64,000 bases of DNA from Felis catus (taxonomy: Eukaryota): contig NC_058368.1 of assembly GCF_018350175.1 (NCBI RefSeq), forward strand, positions 14,882,001 through 14,946,000, read 5' to 3'. The position numbers and the translations under genes were made by a program. The notes below the pieces were generated by a model. It searched no databases. It saw only the letters and a list, made by a program, of their open reading frames with translations, and was not told the DNA's origin. Positions 39,422 to 51,222 of this stretch are shown here, piece by piece; position 1 is the first letter of the stretch, and each line of letters opens with the position of its first letter.

Positions 39422-39592
39422 GGGGCGCCTGGGTGGCTCAGTTGGTTGAGCAAGCATCTGACTTCGGCTCAGGTCATGATCTCGTGGCCCATGAGTTCGA
39501 GCCCCGCATCAGGCTCTGAGCTGTCAGCACAGAGCCTGGAGCCTGTTTTGGACTCTGTGTCTCCCTCTCTCTCTGCCCCTCCTCTGCTCATG

Positions 39593-39625
<33 letters not shown>

Positions 39626-39875
39626 TCTCAAAAATAAATAAACAAGAAGAGAGCCAAAGCATAAGAGACTCTTAAAAACTGAGAACAAACTGAGGGTTGA
39701 TGGGGGGTGGGAGGGAGGGGAAGGTGGGTGATGGGATTGAGGAGGGCACCTTTTGGGATGAGCACTGGGTGTTGTATGGAAACCAATTTGACAATAAATT
39801 TCATATATTGAAAAATAAATAAAATAAAATAAAAAGTAAAATAAACAAACAAACAAACAAGAAAAAATTCTAAAA
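39422..39875 (+). mobile_element. SINEC whose A-rich tail carries an L1 3' UTR fragment
   Basis: Outer TSD AAGAAACA(C/T)TGTAC at 39405-39418 and 39876-39889. Confidence 0.94.
39649..39854 (+). mobile_element. Felid L1 3' UTR fragment (~200 bp)
   Basis: Near-identical to 3913-4072 of the young L1 in this window; flanked by AAACAAGAA at 39640-39648 and 39855-39863. Confidence 0.95.
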
Positions 39876-41490
39876 AAGAAACATTGTACTTCATTCCAAG
39901 AAGCCCAGGGATTACAGAGTTGTTTTTAGACTTCATTCATCAGTGATCTGTATAGAATGATTCCGACAACCCTAAACAATGTCCCCTTGCCCAAGCCTTC
40001 CTAACTGAGTGTTGCCTGGCACCCACTGGAATGTGCATACCAATAGTGGGGTCAGGGACTTTCTGTTTCGCTTATTGCTCTATTGTCAATGCTGAGAATA
40101 GCACCCAATACATCACTGCTAAATGACTGAATAAGTGGATCATCTCTGAACTCGCAGAGGAATAGAGAGGATTCACAACCAAACAACAAAGCCAGTGGAG
40201 CACAATACAGGGAAGTATGAGGAAGCCCCATCTGTGCTGGAGTGAGAAGGGCATGTGCGCTGGATCTCGACAGTTGCGAGTCTCAACTATTACTTAATAT
40301 GCCCCTTTGAAAGTTAAACCTCCTGGTTGATTGTGAAAATGGAAATAATAACACCTTGCAGCATAGCTTCTGTGACAATTACAGATAATTACATAAAGTG
40401 CCTGCCTGACACATAAAGACACCCAAATAATAGCTACGAGGACGGTGCTGTTGACAGTGACAGCAAATGCAAAGTCTGATGGCTCAGATTAAAAAGCAAA
40501 AGAGAAGAGAACTGGCCACAGATAGGAGTCAATGTGGAAACTTCTCTGAGTCTAGACTTGGTCTACCTTAAATAAAATTTGAAGACACAAACCATCATTC
40601 AAATCTGACATTCCAATTTCATAATATGTTCAGTTCACTCTTGATATCTCCTAGTGTCAAAAGATCAATAACCCCGACCCAACCGTTATCTGCACATTTC
40701 ATGAGTATATTTCCTCTGATAACCACAACCAATGCAAGGTCTTCATTCATGAATATGTTTGCTGATGTCTGGATCTGATGTCTTTTGGTTGCCTGTCTGT
40801 AACAATGCAGCCAACAGCCTTGTAAGAACAGGGCCCGTGTCTATTTAATTGGACTTGCCTGCAGCCGATACAGCACCACGTGCATGTGAAAGCAAAATGA
40901 TTTTGATATTGATCATGATTTCTATCATCCAAGCTAAGATAAAAGTTATTAACTTCTAACAGAAAGGCCCTCCAATGTCACCAGGATACTGCAAAGTACA
41001 TTTAGACTTGACTCTTAGATACTTCGGAAGGTCCCAGATGACACCTTCGGTAGCTGGAAGTTCAGTGCCCCCAGATGTCCTAGGGACACTGCAAAAGGTA
41101 GAAGAGAAAGGAGAAACCAAAGGGGATTCAGAATCTTCCCTCCAAATGACTTCTCTGCTTCGTCAGGAAATTAGATCACTGAATCATGGCTTCAGTTAAG
41201 ACTCTGACCGTTTTTAAGATACGTGAAAGAAAAAAATATGCACAGTTACTCTGCTTCCCAGCAACTTCAATGCCCTGAGACTCTCATTTTTGGAGAAGGT
41301 GTGGCATAGGTCACTTGGGAAAAAGGCAAGGAGGTAAAGAAGGGTACAGGTATGCCTGATATTTCAGAAGTTACTATACCTGCCAAAGTGCCCACGCCTT
41401 GCTAGCTGGGATAGGGAAATGGTCAGTATAGGGGGTTTGTTTCTTTCCACCATAAGAGAAAAGACTGCTAGTTTGAAAAACAAATGTGGA

Positions 41491-41704
41491 GGGGCGCCTG
41501 CGTGGCTCAGTCGGTTAAGCATCCAACTCTTGGTTTCAGCTCAGGTCATGATCTCACAGTTTCATGAGTTCAAGCCCCACATCAGGCTCTAAGCTGGTAG
41601 CTGGGAGCCTGCTTGAGATGCTCTCTCTCCCTCTCTCTACCCTTCCCCCACTCGCCCTGTCTCTGTCTCTCAAAATAAATAAATAAACTTAAAAATTTTT
41701 TCAA
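41491..41704 (+). mobile_element. SINEC
   Basis: GGGGCGCCTGCGTGGCTCAG head; TSD AAATGTGGA. Confidence 0.95.
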
Positions 41705-42879
41705 AAATGTGGAAAGAGCTAAATGGAACTTTTCTCTTATTGGACAAGAATATCTGGTGTATTTTCAGTATCTAGTTAGGAATTACACCTTTTTAAAAGA
41801 CTTCCAAGCCACAGGTTTATTCATTAACATACACCTAGTTCCTAGTTCTCACCCTGGCACATGAAAAACAAGCAGTAAATCTTTATTGCACAAAGAAGTG
41901 AAATGATTAGTGGATGCTGTTACAAGAAATCCCCACAAAGAGTTTCATAAATCCATGAAACAGATGATTACATTTTTAAAACATGACTTACAGGGTAGGT
42001 TCTGGCACTTTGACAGCTGTAATTAATCTGTAATAAGCAAGTAAGATGAAAAGTAATAAAGGTATGCCAAACAGTTCTCACAAAAAAAGGAAGAGGTCAT
42101 TGGGAAGAGTCCCACATGCAGTATTTGATGAATACTGTTCATATATCACGTTCCTGCTGTGAACAAGACTGACTAGAGGCATTCACTGGATTTAGCAAAC
42201 AAGGTAAAATAATGCATCTGCTAATCTGAAAACCCACAAAGCTTTAAAACATCATTGAGTATACTGTAGTCAAGCAAATGGCCAAAAGGAAACATATACA
42301 GCAAATTGTTCATTATAAATTTGTTGAGCTCTTTGCTCAAGACTGATGCCATTTAGCTACAGATAAGACAAAGGCCCACTGAACTTTAGTTTATAAGAAG
42401 GTAGGAAACAGCGAAGGAAAGGGGTAACTTTGTCTTTATTCTGGGCAAGGAATAACAGGGGCTACTGTACAAAAAAAAGTAGTAAAACATGAAAATTCTG
42501 TATAAAATCTTCAGATTTATTGCATAATAAGAATACCCATCTCCAATCATCAGAATTTTATTCTCAAGTAAAAACATTATTGCAAAAAAAAAAACCAAAA
42601 ACAAACAAACAAAAAAATAGTATTGCAATGCCATTACTTTGAGTTCGTTACCTTCCTCCAATGGTGACTAAATAAGGAAAGGCAACGGGACTAATGATTC
42701 ATTCTCTTTCCTAAATAATGCAGGAAATGTTCCCCAAACACTCACTCTTCTGTAAAAGATTTTGTCTCTGGAATCCCTGACCTTAGACAGATTGTAAATA
42801 GGTAACAGTTGAACAAAATATATAAATTGTGTTTCTTAGCTACCTGTGTCATGAGATGCCTAGGACTTCCCAGAGAAAA

Positions 42880-43075
42880 CACCTAAGTTTAAACCCTAGC
42901 TTCAAAACTCACTCACTAGGTGATCCTAACATGGTGAAACACTGTGTGCCTCAGTTTCCTCATCTATAAAATGGGGATAATAGCAGCACCTATCTTAGGG
43001 TTTTTGTGATGACTACACAGCTAATCTATGAGACATGTGCTGGGCGCAGAAGAGGCATGCAATAACTACTAGCCA
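42880..43075 (+). mobile_element. MIR SINE
   Basis: CTGTGTGCCTCAGTTTCCTCATCTATAAAATGGGGATAATAG core. Confidence 0.85.
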
Positions 43076-44139
43076 GTATTCATTCCCACAACTTGGAATT
43101 TGGGGTAGTTCTTCCTATGCAAGAGTGAAAAGAAAATACGAAAGGAAGAATGGTTTGGAAGACAATCTTCAATGACTGATGTGGAGATTCGACACCCCAG
43201 CTTCTAAGATGCTGTGATAAGATTTAAGACAATTAGCTAAAGACCCACCTGGATAATATGACACATCCTTTTAACATTTTTCAAACTCTAAACTGCCAAC
43301 AATTAAATAACCATTGAAAGTATACTATACATAGAAAACTGCATATGCCGTGGTATTATGGAAAAGAAACAGAGGATAAGAAATTGAATATACAGAAGGA
43401 TATCTATGTACATTCTTAATCATTTATATATGACTATATCAAAATACTAATAGCAATAGTAAAGGTCTGAGGTATACAGTTACGGCTGTTGAAAAATTTT
43501 CCTCTTTTACTAGATGTTGTATTTGCACAGAAAAGAAAAAAAAACACTAAAATATGTTATGTCACAGATATCAGAATAACAACAACTTCATCGCTTCTAA
43601 TTTGAATAGTAATTTACAATTTGCCAGGGGCCACAATATACACGGTGTCATCTGCACCTCAAATAACCTCATGATGTACGTTGAACACCTAACGTTTCTA
43701 TCAGACCAGGCACCTGAAGGTTAGAAAGGTCGAGTCCTTTCCCACAATAATACAGTAAGTAAGGACAGGGCCCCAAGGTCAATCCAGGGCTTTCCCACCC
43801 AACTTACATTTCTTCCTGTGAGGGAAATTCTGGACCAGACTGGACCTGGAATACCAGAACCCACAGCTGTAGCTGCCTTGTCAATCATTGGGCACATTAC
43901 TTTCCTGGTCTGTAAAATGAGTGTAAATGGCCCTGACTACTTTCCCAAACACATCTTGTCATAATTAGAAACAAGACACTGTACTAGCCTTTGAAGTAAC
44001 CACTGGCACATTCCTCTCTGAAGTTTCCATTTTGTTTGCAGATGCTTTAAGGAGCTCAGCAAGGTTCAATCTGGAACCTACACCTTCTCCCATCATAAAT
44101 TAGGGGATCTGTAAAGAATATGCGCTAATAATTGGTGTC

Positions 44140-44566
44140 TTCTATTCTTTTCTTTTTTCTTTTCTTCTTCCTTCCTTCCTTCCTTCCTTCCTTCCTTCCT
44201 TCCTTCCTTCCTTCCTTCCTTCCTTCATTGATCCTTTCCCTTTCCCCTCCCTCCCTCTCCCTCTCCTTCCTTCCCTCTCTCTCCCTCTCTTTCTTTTTTT
44301 CTAAATGTTTATTTATTTTTGAGAGACAGCATGAGTGGGGGAGAGGCGGGGGGTGTGGGGTGGACACAGGATCCATCTGCAATAACAGCAGAGAACCCAA
44401 TGCAGGGCTCAAACCCAGGAACTGCGAGATCATGACCTGAGCCGAAGTCGGACACCCAACCTATTGGGTGCTCCAGGTGTTCCCTTTCTTGCTTCTTTTC
44501 TTTTCTTTTTTCTCTTTTTTCTTTTCTTTTCCCTTCCTTCCTTTCCTTTCTTCTCCATTCTTTTCA
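44140..44566. repeat. Polypyrimidine low-complexity tract with (CCTT)n, split by a SINE
   Basis: Nearly purine-free on + at 44140-44300 and 44480-44566. Confidence 0.9.
44292..44484 (-). mobile_element. SINEC, divergent
   Basis: AAATGTTTATTTATTTTTGAGAGA tail side; GAGATCATGACCTGAGCCGAAGTCGGAC. Confidence 0.9.
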
Positions 44567-47167
44567 TTTCCTTCCTTCCATCCTTCCTTCCTTCCTGTTC
44601 CTTTCATTATAATTCAGCAATTAAGGCTAATAGCTTTGAAGAGTGTGGGTCCTGGTACCATATTACAGCTCTACTTCCTTGTGGGGTAGTCTTGGTTCAA
44701 CCAAAATCCCAGGGCCCTGTCTTTCCATTAGATTTCCAATATGCTTCTCTTAGGCTATGCCTTCTGCCCTAGGAGATGATAAACACGAAACATTCCCTGC
44801 TATTCCTCCAAAACCTCTCTGCTAAATGAGAAGAGCTCCCTCCTCCACCTGACCCCCAAAATCAGTTTTGTTCTTCAGTCAGATGTTTTGTAGGGGTGCT
44901 GGACATATGCTATGAGTGCTTTAGAAAACAAAGTTACCATCTGAATATTAGGGAAGCACAAAAGAACTACCCACATATATAAACGTGTTCATATTTTTAA
45001 AGAGTAGGAAGGAAAAATTACATATTCAGAAGAATATAATTAGGAAAGATGACCAAACTGATGAACATTTTTAAAAAAACCACAATACCAAGTTTGGATT
45101 CCAGCTTTTTATATTGTGATTTTTGACAACTTACGGAATAAAAAAAAGCACAGCCAAATTTGCTAAGCCTATAAGCATACCGTTCCTATGATTTTGGCAA
45201 TAGATGACCTGGCGAGCTTCATGCTGAGCAACAGAGATGAATTGCTCTGTGTCTAGTTAACATGCTTCTGATACTGTACATCATTCTGACTGGCTACACT
45301 GTCCTGCTCTCAGGTTATAAATAAGAGACCATGTAAATCAACCCTAAACTCTTTAAACAAAGCCACAGTAAAAAAGAACTGTTTGGTATTCAGTGAATAT
45401 GAGCCTCTCTAAATAAATCTTAAACTCAGCTCTGAATGACTTCTATGTAAAACTCATATAACACAGTTTTTATAGGCCAAAAATCAAATCCTTCGACTTC
45501 TTTTTAACTCTACTCCTAAGCTTTTTCTTTTTCTGACTCTTGGCAGAGCAGAGTCTTTTATACACACTTTCACAATTCTTTTACAAAGAAATCTCCAATA
45601 TTGAATAAATCATTAACTTGATCAACAAAGAAAGCTTTAAAAACAAACAAACAAACAAACAAATCTCCTCATGATGGGGCCTACCACACAAAATTTGAAA
45701 TTAAATGTGTTCTCCACAATAATCTTCTGGAATGCTTTTTTAAAAGATTCAGGGGGAAACCCATAATTTGCTTCACTAGTTTCAAAACAGGGTATTTCAA
45801 ATGCTCTAAGATCACGAGTAATGGATGCTATGAAGTACATGGTCTTTCAAAACACACTACTAGTTTGGATGACTAAAAACTTCAGGATAATATGAAAATA
45901 AGCTAAGACAAAGGGAAAGACAATAATAAAATGCATGTTACTATTTCCAAAGATAGCAATAAAAGAACAGATTTCACCTGACTTCGTTTAATAATATAAC
46001 ATCACTTTAGGGTACGTATAGTCAAATACAACCAGTCAGGTAAGTTATAGATAGAATATCACTTTAGGGTAGTCTAAAGCACCTTTCAGTGTACATGATT
46101 TTCACATGACATCATACTAATTTCATCCTGTCAATCACATAAGACACTTAGCATGAACTTCCATTTATCAGAAGAAACTGAGGTACTATAGGAACGGAGC
46201 AATGTTGAAAGAAACCAAGCACAAGGTTTCGTTGGAAAAGTGTACTTTCCAGAAAATAATTTATTTCCAGACAATAATTGGAAAATGTTATTCTGAACTG
46301 TAATTAAAACGTAGGGAAACGCTTCAAGAGATTGATTCTTTTAAAACACAACCCTCTTCCTGAACCCAAATGATAGTCAGACTGAGTTCAAATTAAGCTA
46401 TGCAACTTGGCCAACACGCGACAGAAATAAAGACGAGAAATGAAGAAACCAAGAATGCACAACTATTCAAGCCTCTGTCTTCAATGAAAACATGACTTAA
46501 TTTGTTCAAATGTATTTTGGTTTTCACCCCAAGGCTCCAAGTTATTAGGCCGCGTGAAAGCCACAGAGCTTGTTCATGAGGCAAATTTCAGTCACTAACA
46601 AAGTAACAGGAAATGACCACCGCTTACTCCTTACTCCCCTTCCTGCTACCACTACCAGTCCACTAGCAGTGCCACTGCTTTCCCCGTTCTCTTCCCCTGA
46701 AACACCTTTTCCTTTCCTCTCCACCCATCAGCTTTGACCCCCCTTCCAGGGAATAGGTCCAGCCTCCAGTCCCTTGACCATCCACCTGTTCCCACCACCA
46801 TCTTTCATTCACTCAGGCTGTGTCACAACTTCAATGCTTATGTCAATGTTGCTTTGGAATCATCGTCTAGCTGTCTTCTTGTTTGACGTCCCGTCTCTTA
46901 TCACTCTCAGAGCGGTGGTAGTATTTAACTTGTTGTGTATGTTCCAGAGTGACCTGCAAGGCATACAATCTCAAAGGATTTAAACGCTAGAATCTGGTGT
47001 TACTCCTCTGAAACAAATGCCGAGCGTTCTGTGCATCAGCAGCAATGAATTAGAATTACTATCTGTGCTCCAACAGAATACTGCAGTCGGCTAGTCAACA
47101 AAGAGTTCTTGAGGACCAACTGTGTGTTTGGTGAAAAGAGAGTGAGTTTAGATGTAATTTTAACTCA

Positions 47168-47353
47168 GGGCGCCTGGAAGGCTCAGTCGGTTAAGTGTCC
47201 GACTTCAGCTCAGGTCGTGATCTCGCAGTCTGTGAGTCTGAGCCCTGTGTCGGGCTCTATGCTCACAGCTCAGAGCCTGCAGCCTGCTTCAGAGAGGATG
47301 CCCCGCTCACATTCTGTCTCTCAAAAATGAATGAATGTTAAAGAAACAACTTC
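47168..47353 (+). mobile_element. SINEC with internal deletion
   Basis: TSD AGATGTA(A/G)TTTTAACTCA at 47150-47167 and 47354-47371. Confidence 0.94.
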
Positions 47354-47737
47354 AGATGTAGTTTTAACTCAAGAGGCTTGTGTTATTAAAAAATTTAAAT
47401 CTTCAGGTATCCAAGGTAGCTCAGAACTTTACAATTCCCATTTGTTGCATAACTGCCTGGAAAGGTGAAACAAAAGTCTTCTTTAGATCACCAACTCACT
47501 CAAGTGGCTTCAGTGCCAGCCCTGACCCAGTAAGGTCACCTCCCCTAGAAACCAGTTTGTTTCTTCTCAAAATGGACATAATGCTAGCTCCAAAAGGGAT
47601 CTCATGGGTTCTGAAAATTATGGGGAACAAAGCCCAGGGAAGTGATTTTGAAAAGATCTGTGTGCTGAATTACTATGAACTAGTAGTGACAGCACTAGCC
47701 TTGGCTGTTCTACGTCCTTAAAAGACGAGCAAGAGAT

Positions 47738-47847
47738 GAGGCGCCTGGCTGAGTCGGCTGAGCGTCCAGCTCCTGATTGCGGCTCGCGTCATAATCTCAC
47801 AGTTCTTGAGATCGGGCCCTGCATTGTCCAGCTCTGTGCTCTCAGAT

Positions 47848-47897
<50 letters not shown>

Positions 47898-47950
47898 CCT
47901 CCCCTAGCTCGTGCTCTCTTCTTAAAAATAAATAGATAAGCATTTTTTAA
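47738..47950 (+). mobile_element. SINEC with (CT)n
   Basis: GAGGCGCCTGGCTGAGTCGG head; degenerate TSD AAAAGA(C/T)GA(G/C)CAAGAG. Confidence 0.9.
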
Positions 47951-48819
47951 AAAAGATGACCAAGAGGGCTCAAAAGTGATTTGAGCCACTTCAGTTTTCA
48001 ATCAGAGAATTCATATGACATTAGGAGAGATTTTCGCCAAACAAGGCCACACGAACCTCAGTTTTTTCCATTAGGTTATTCTTACTTGGAAGGTTTCTTA
48101 GATCATTGGCTGACCTCATTTCCCTTGTCTTTGTCTTTTACCAGCTGTTATGTATCATTTTTCTCCATCTTTAGAAAGAGACCTAAGGGACATAGTGTTC
48201 TGGTAGAAAAATAAAAGACAACCTGCTTGGCCCCAGGTAGGCTAGTTCACTTGAGCCAGTCCATATGGAAAATAAATTGTATATAATTGCATATATGTGT
48301 AATAGGGTACACATTTCTATTCTTCTCTTTTGTAACATCTTTAACTTTTCAAAAAATTTTACCCACATTAATATGAGCATATCTTCTTACATTGCCACAG
48401 GATAGCTTTATTCTCTTTGGAATCCAAATGTCTCCTGAAATTAAACACTTACAACTACAAAAGTGTGCTAAGATTTATTCTTTCTTAATTTATAAATCTA
48501 ATGTAAGAGATCTAATAAATTGAAGAAACAATCTCATTTTAAATGAGTGAAATTAATGTTTGCATGGCACTTTATAAGAGACAAAGTGTTTACAAACATA
48601 TCATTTAATCCCCTAAGTATCATCATCACTTCAGACATAAGGAAACTAACTCAACAATGGTAAGTAACATGCACAGAGGGTGAGTGACAAATGGGGTAGA
48701 AACCCAAGGATCCTGTGTTCTTTCTACTTCATTATGTTACTTCATATCAAACTATAAATTAATAGCTATAGGAATAGCTAACCTCTGCTGGGAAGTTTAT
48801 ACAGGTGCTATTAACTGCA

Positions 48820-48970
48820 TTCTTTCACATAAGTTTACAAAGGTAAAGGTAAGAACTTTGCCACCCCAGTTTTACAGATGAGGAAGCTGAAGCTTAGAAC
48901 AATTTCTAAAGGACTTTCCTGGCTCACACAGCCAAGAGAGAGCAGAACAGAGACTCAAATCCTAGGCTGA
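48820..48970 (-). mobile_element. MIR fragment
   Basis: CCCCAGTTTTACAGATGAGGAAGCTGAAGCTTAGA..TCACACAGC. Confidence 0.8.
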
Positions 48971-49010
48971 ATGACATAAGGTGGACTTAACCACTGGGTT
49001 CTACTGCTTT

Positions 49011-49030
49011 CTTTTTCTTCTTTTTTTTCT

Positions 49031-49081
<51 letters not shown>

Positions 49082-49251
49082 ACATGTGAGCAGGGGAAGG
49101 GCAGAGAGTACAAAAGAGAGAGAATACCAAGCAGGCTCGACACTGTCAGTGCAGAGCCTGATGCGGGGCTTGATCTCGAGAACCGTGAGATTATGACCTG
49201 AGCCGAAACCAAGAGTTGGATGCTTAACTGACTGAGCCACCCAGGCGCCCC
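49011..49251 (-). mobile_element. SINEC with (GA)n
   Basis: Ends CTGAGCCACCCAGGCGCCCC; TSD TCTAC(T/A)GCTTT. Confidence 0.95.
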
Positions 49252-49559
49252 TCTACAGCTTTTTGGTTGTGGGGAATATGTATATTAATTAATTGACATA
49301 TAACATGATAACTTGAAGTTTATTGTAGAAACTGACAAATTGCAAATTGAAACTCAAAAAATACTAGTAGTGATTATGTGTTGTCATTATGTGATTACTA
49401 GTGATTATGTGAATACTAGTAGTGATTATGTGTGGCTAAATTACCTAATTTAGCCCATGTAGACCAAACGCTCAATGTTTACAGATTTGAATATCTGATT
49501 AAAATCATCCATATTACCCTACTTCCTTCACCAGCTTCCTCCCCATTTCTTCCAGAAAG

Positions 49560-50226
49560 AGTTGTCTCTCTTTGTTCCAATTTCTCCCCTCTCACTTCTT
49601 CCTAAATCCCCGACCTACATCAGGCTTAGGCCCCACTTTTCCACCCAGACTGCTCTCATCAACACTGTCAGCGACCCCTCGGTTATTATATTCAAACGTC
49701 AGTTCTCAGGGCTCATCCTCCCCCTGCCATTGGCAGCTTATGTCCAGATGTCGCTGTCCTCCTGGGCACTGTCACTGCCCTCCTGAGCACTGCCTTCACC
49801 CAGCTTCCAGAACGCCTCAGTCTGCTGATTCCCTCATCTAGTCACTCCTCCTCAGTCCTCTATGTGGTGTCTTGTCTTTTCCTTAATCTTTTCCTTAATT
49901 TGAGAGCACTGCAAAATTAAGGCTGCTCCTTGGAACGCTTCTCTGGCGACACTCATTTCCTTGGTGAGCTCATCTAGTTTCATGGCTTTAAATATTATCT
50001 ATCTGCTGACGTCTTCCTAATTTATATCTTCAGCCCACATCTCTCTCCTGAATTCCAGACTTGAATCAACTGCCCATTCAGCATCCTCACTTGTATGATT
50101 GGCGGAGGTCTCAAATTTAGCACATTTAATGCTGAATTTCTATCTTCTTTGACAGCTCTACCCACCACATCTAGAAAATCACTAACACATATTAGGTGCT
50201 CAATAAAAGGGTTGCATTGAATGAAT
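49560..50226 (+). mobile_element. LINE-2 fragment including its 3' end
   Basis: CATGGCTTTAAATATTATCTATCTGCTGAC (RT YADD region), CTCTCTCCTGAATTCCAGACT, TAGGTGCTCAATAAA..TTGAATGAAT. Confidence 0.85.
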
Positions 50227-50940
50227 AGATACAGCACAGTCAACTGAACATGAGTCTCAAAAGCAGGATAACAGTGACATACTCTGCAACTAGCAGCTCT
50301 AACTTCTTTAAAAGGATTTGACGTGAGTCAGTTACAAAAACATGGTACCTCTACCCTCACACAGTCATGAAAGTCAAAGTTTCTAGGTAACTAGGAATCC
50401 TATAAGATAATCACAAAAGTCATTATGTTCTGTTGTGTCATAATACGTACACATACAATAAATTCCAATATTATCCATGTTCATCATTACATGGATTCTG
50501 GAATATCTTGGCTTAATAAATAACATCTTCCAAGACGTTACTAGTACATCAAAGACAGCCTAAGAGAAACAAGGTTTAATTTCCAAGCACGGCACAGTGA
50601 AGATCTCCCACTGTGTGAAAACATCATTCACAGACACACCTGCTTATCCATTCACACCACACCAGGAAGTACCTTGCTCTATCGAGGTGACTTATTTCCA
50701 AAGTTAATAAGAATTTGGTCAACTTAAAATGCTTTAATTGTTTCTCGCCTTGGGATTAGCATGGTTGGAGAAATACAAACATACTCAAATTCATTTTTAC
50801 ATATGCACACATTAGACTTCATTCAAAAATTAACATACATACCATCTCCATTTAAATGACAGTTAAATAAGTTCAAGTAACAAATAACTTGATGAGAAAA
50901 GGAAGGGGAAAACAGATCTGGTATTACTTATAGCTCTGAC

Positions 50941-51222
50941 TTTTTTAAACTGCTTTATTAAGGTGTGATTTACACATTATAAATTTCACCCATCCTAAGT
51001 GTACAGTTCAATAATCTTTAGTCATAAAATTCACCCATTGTAAGTGTACGATGATTTTTAGTCAACATATATACAGTATGCAACCATCACTATGATCCAC
51101 TTTTAGAACACTTTTATCAGCCCAGAAATATTCCTCACACCAGGCTGCTGCAATTCTCTGCTCACACCTCCAGCCCCAGGAACTGCTAATCTATCTATCT
51201 TTATAGATTTTCTTCTTCTGGA
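50941..51222 (-). mobile_element. Ancient L1M 3' terminal fragment with a ~45-bp internal tandem duplication
   Basis: TTTTTTAAACTGCTTTATTAAGG..TTCACCCAT..AAGTGTAC (twice)..GCAACCATCAC..TTTTAGAACA. Confidence 0.8.
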
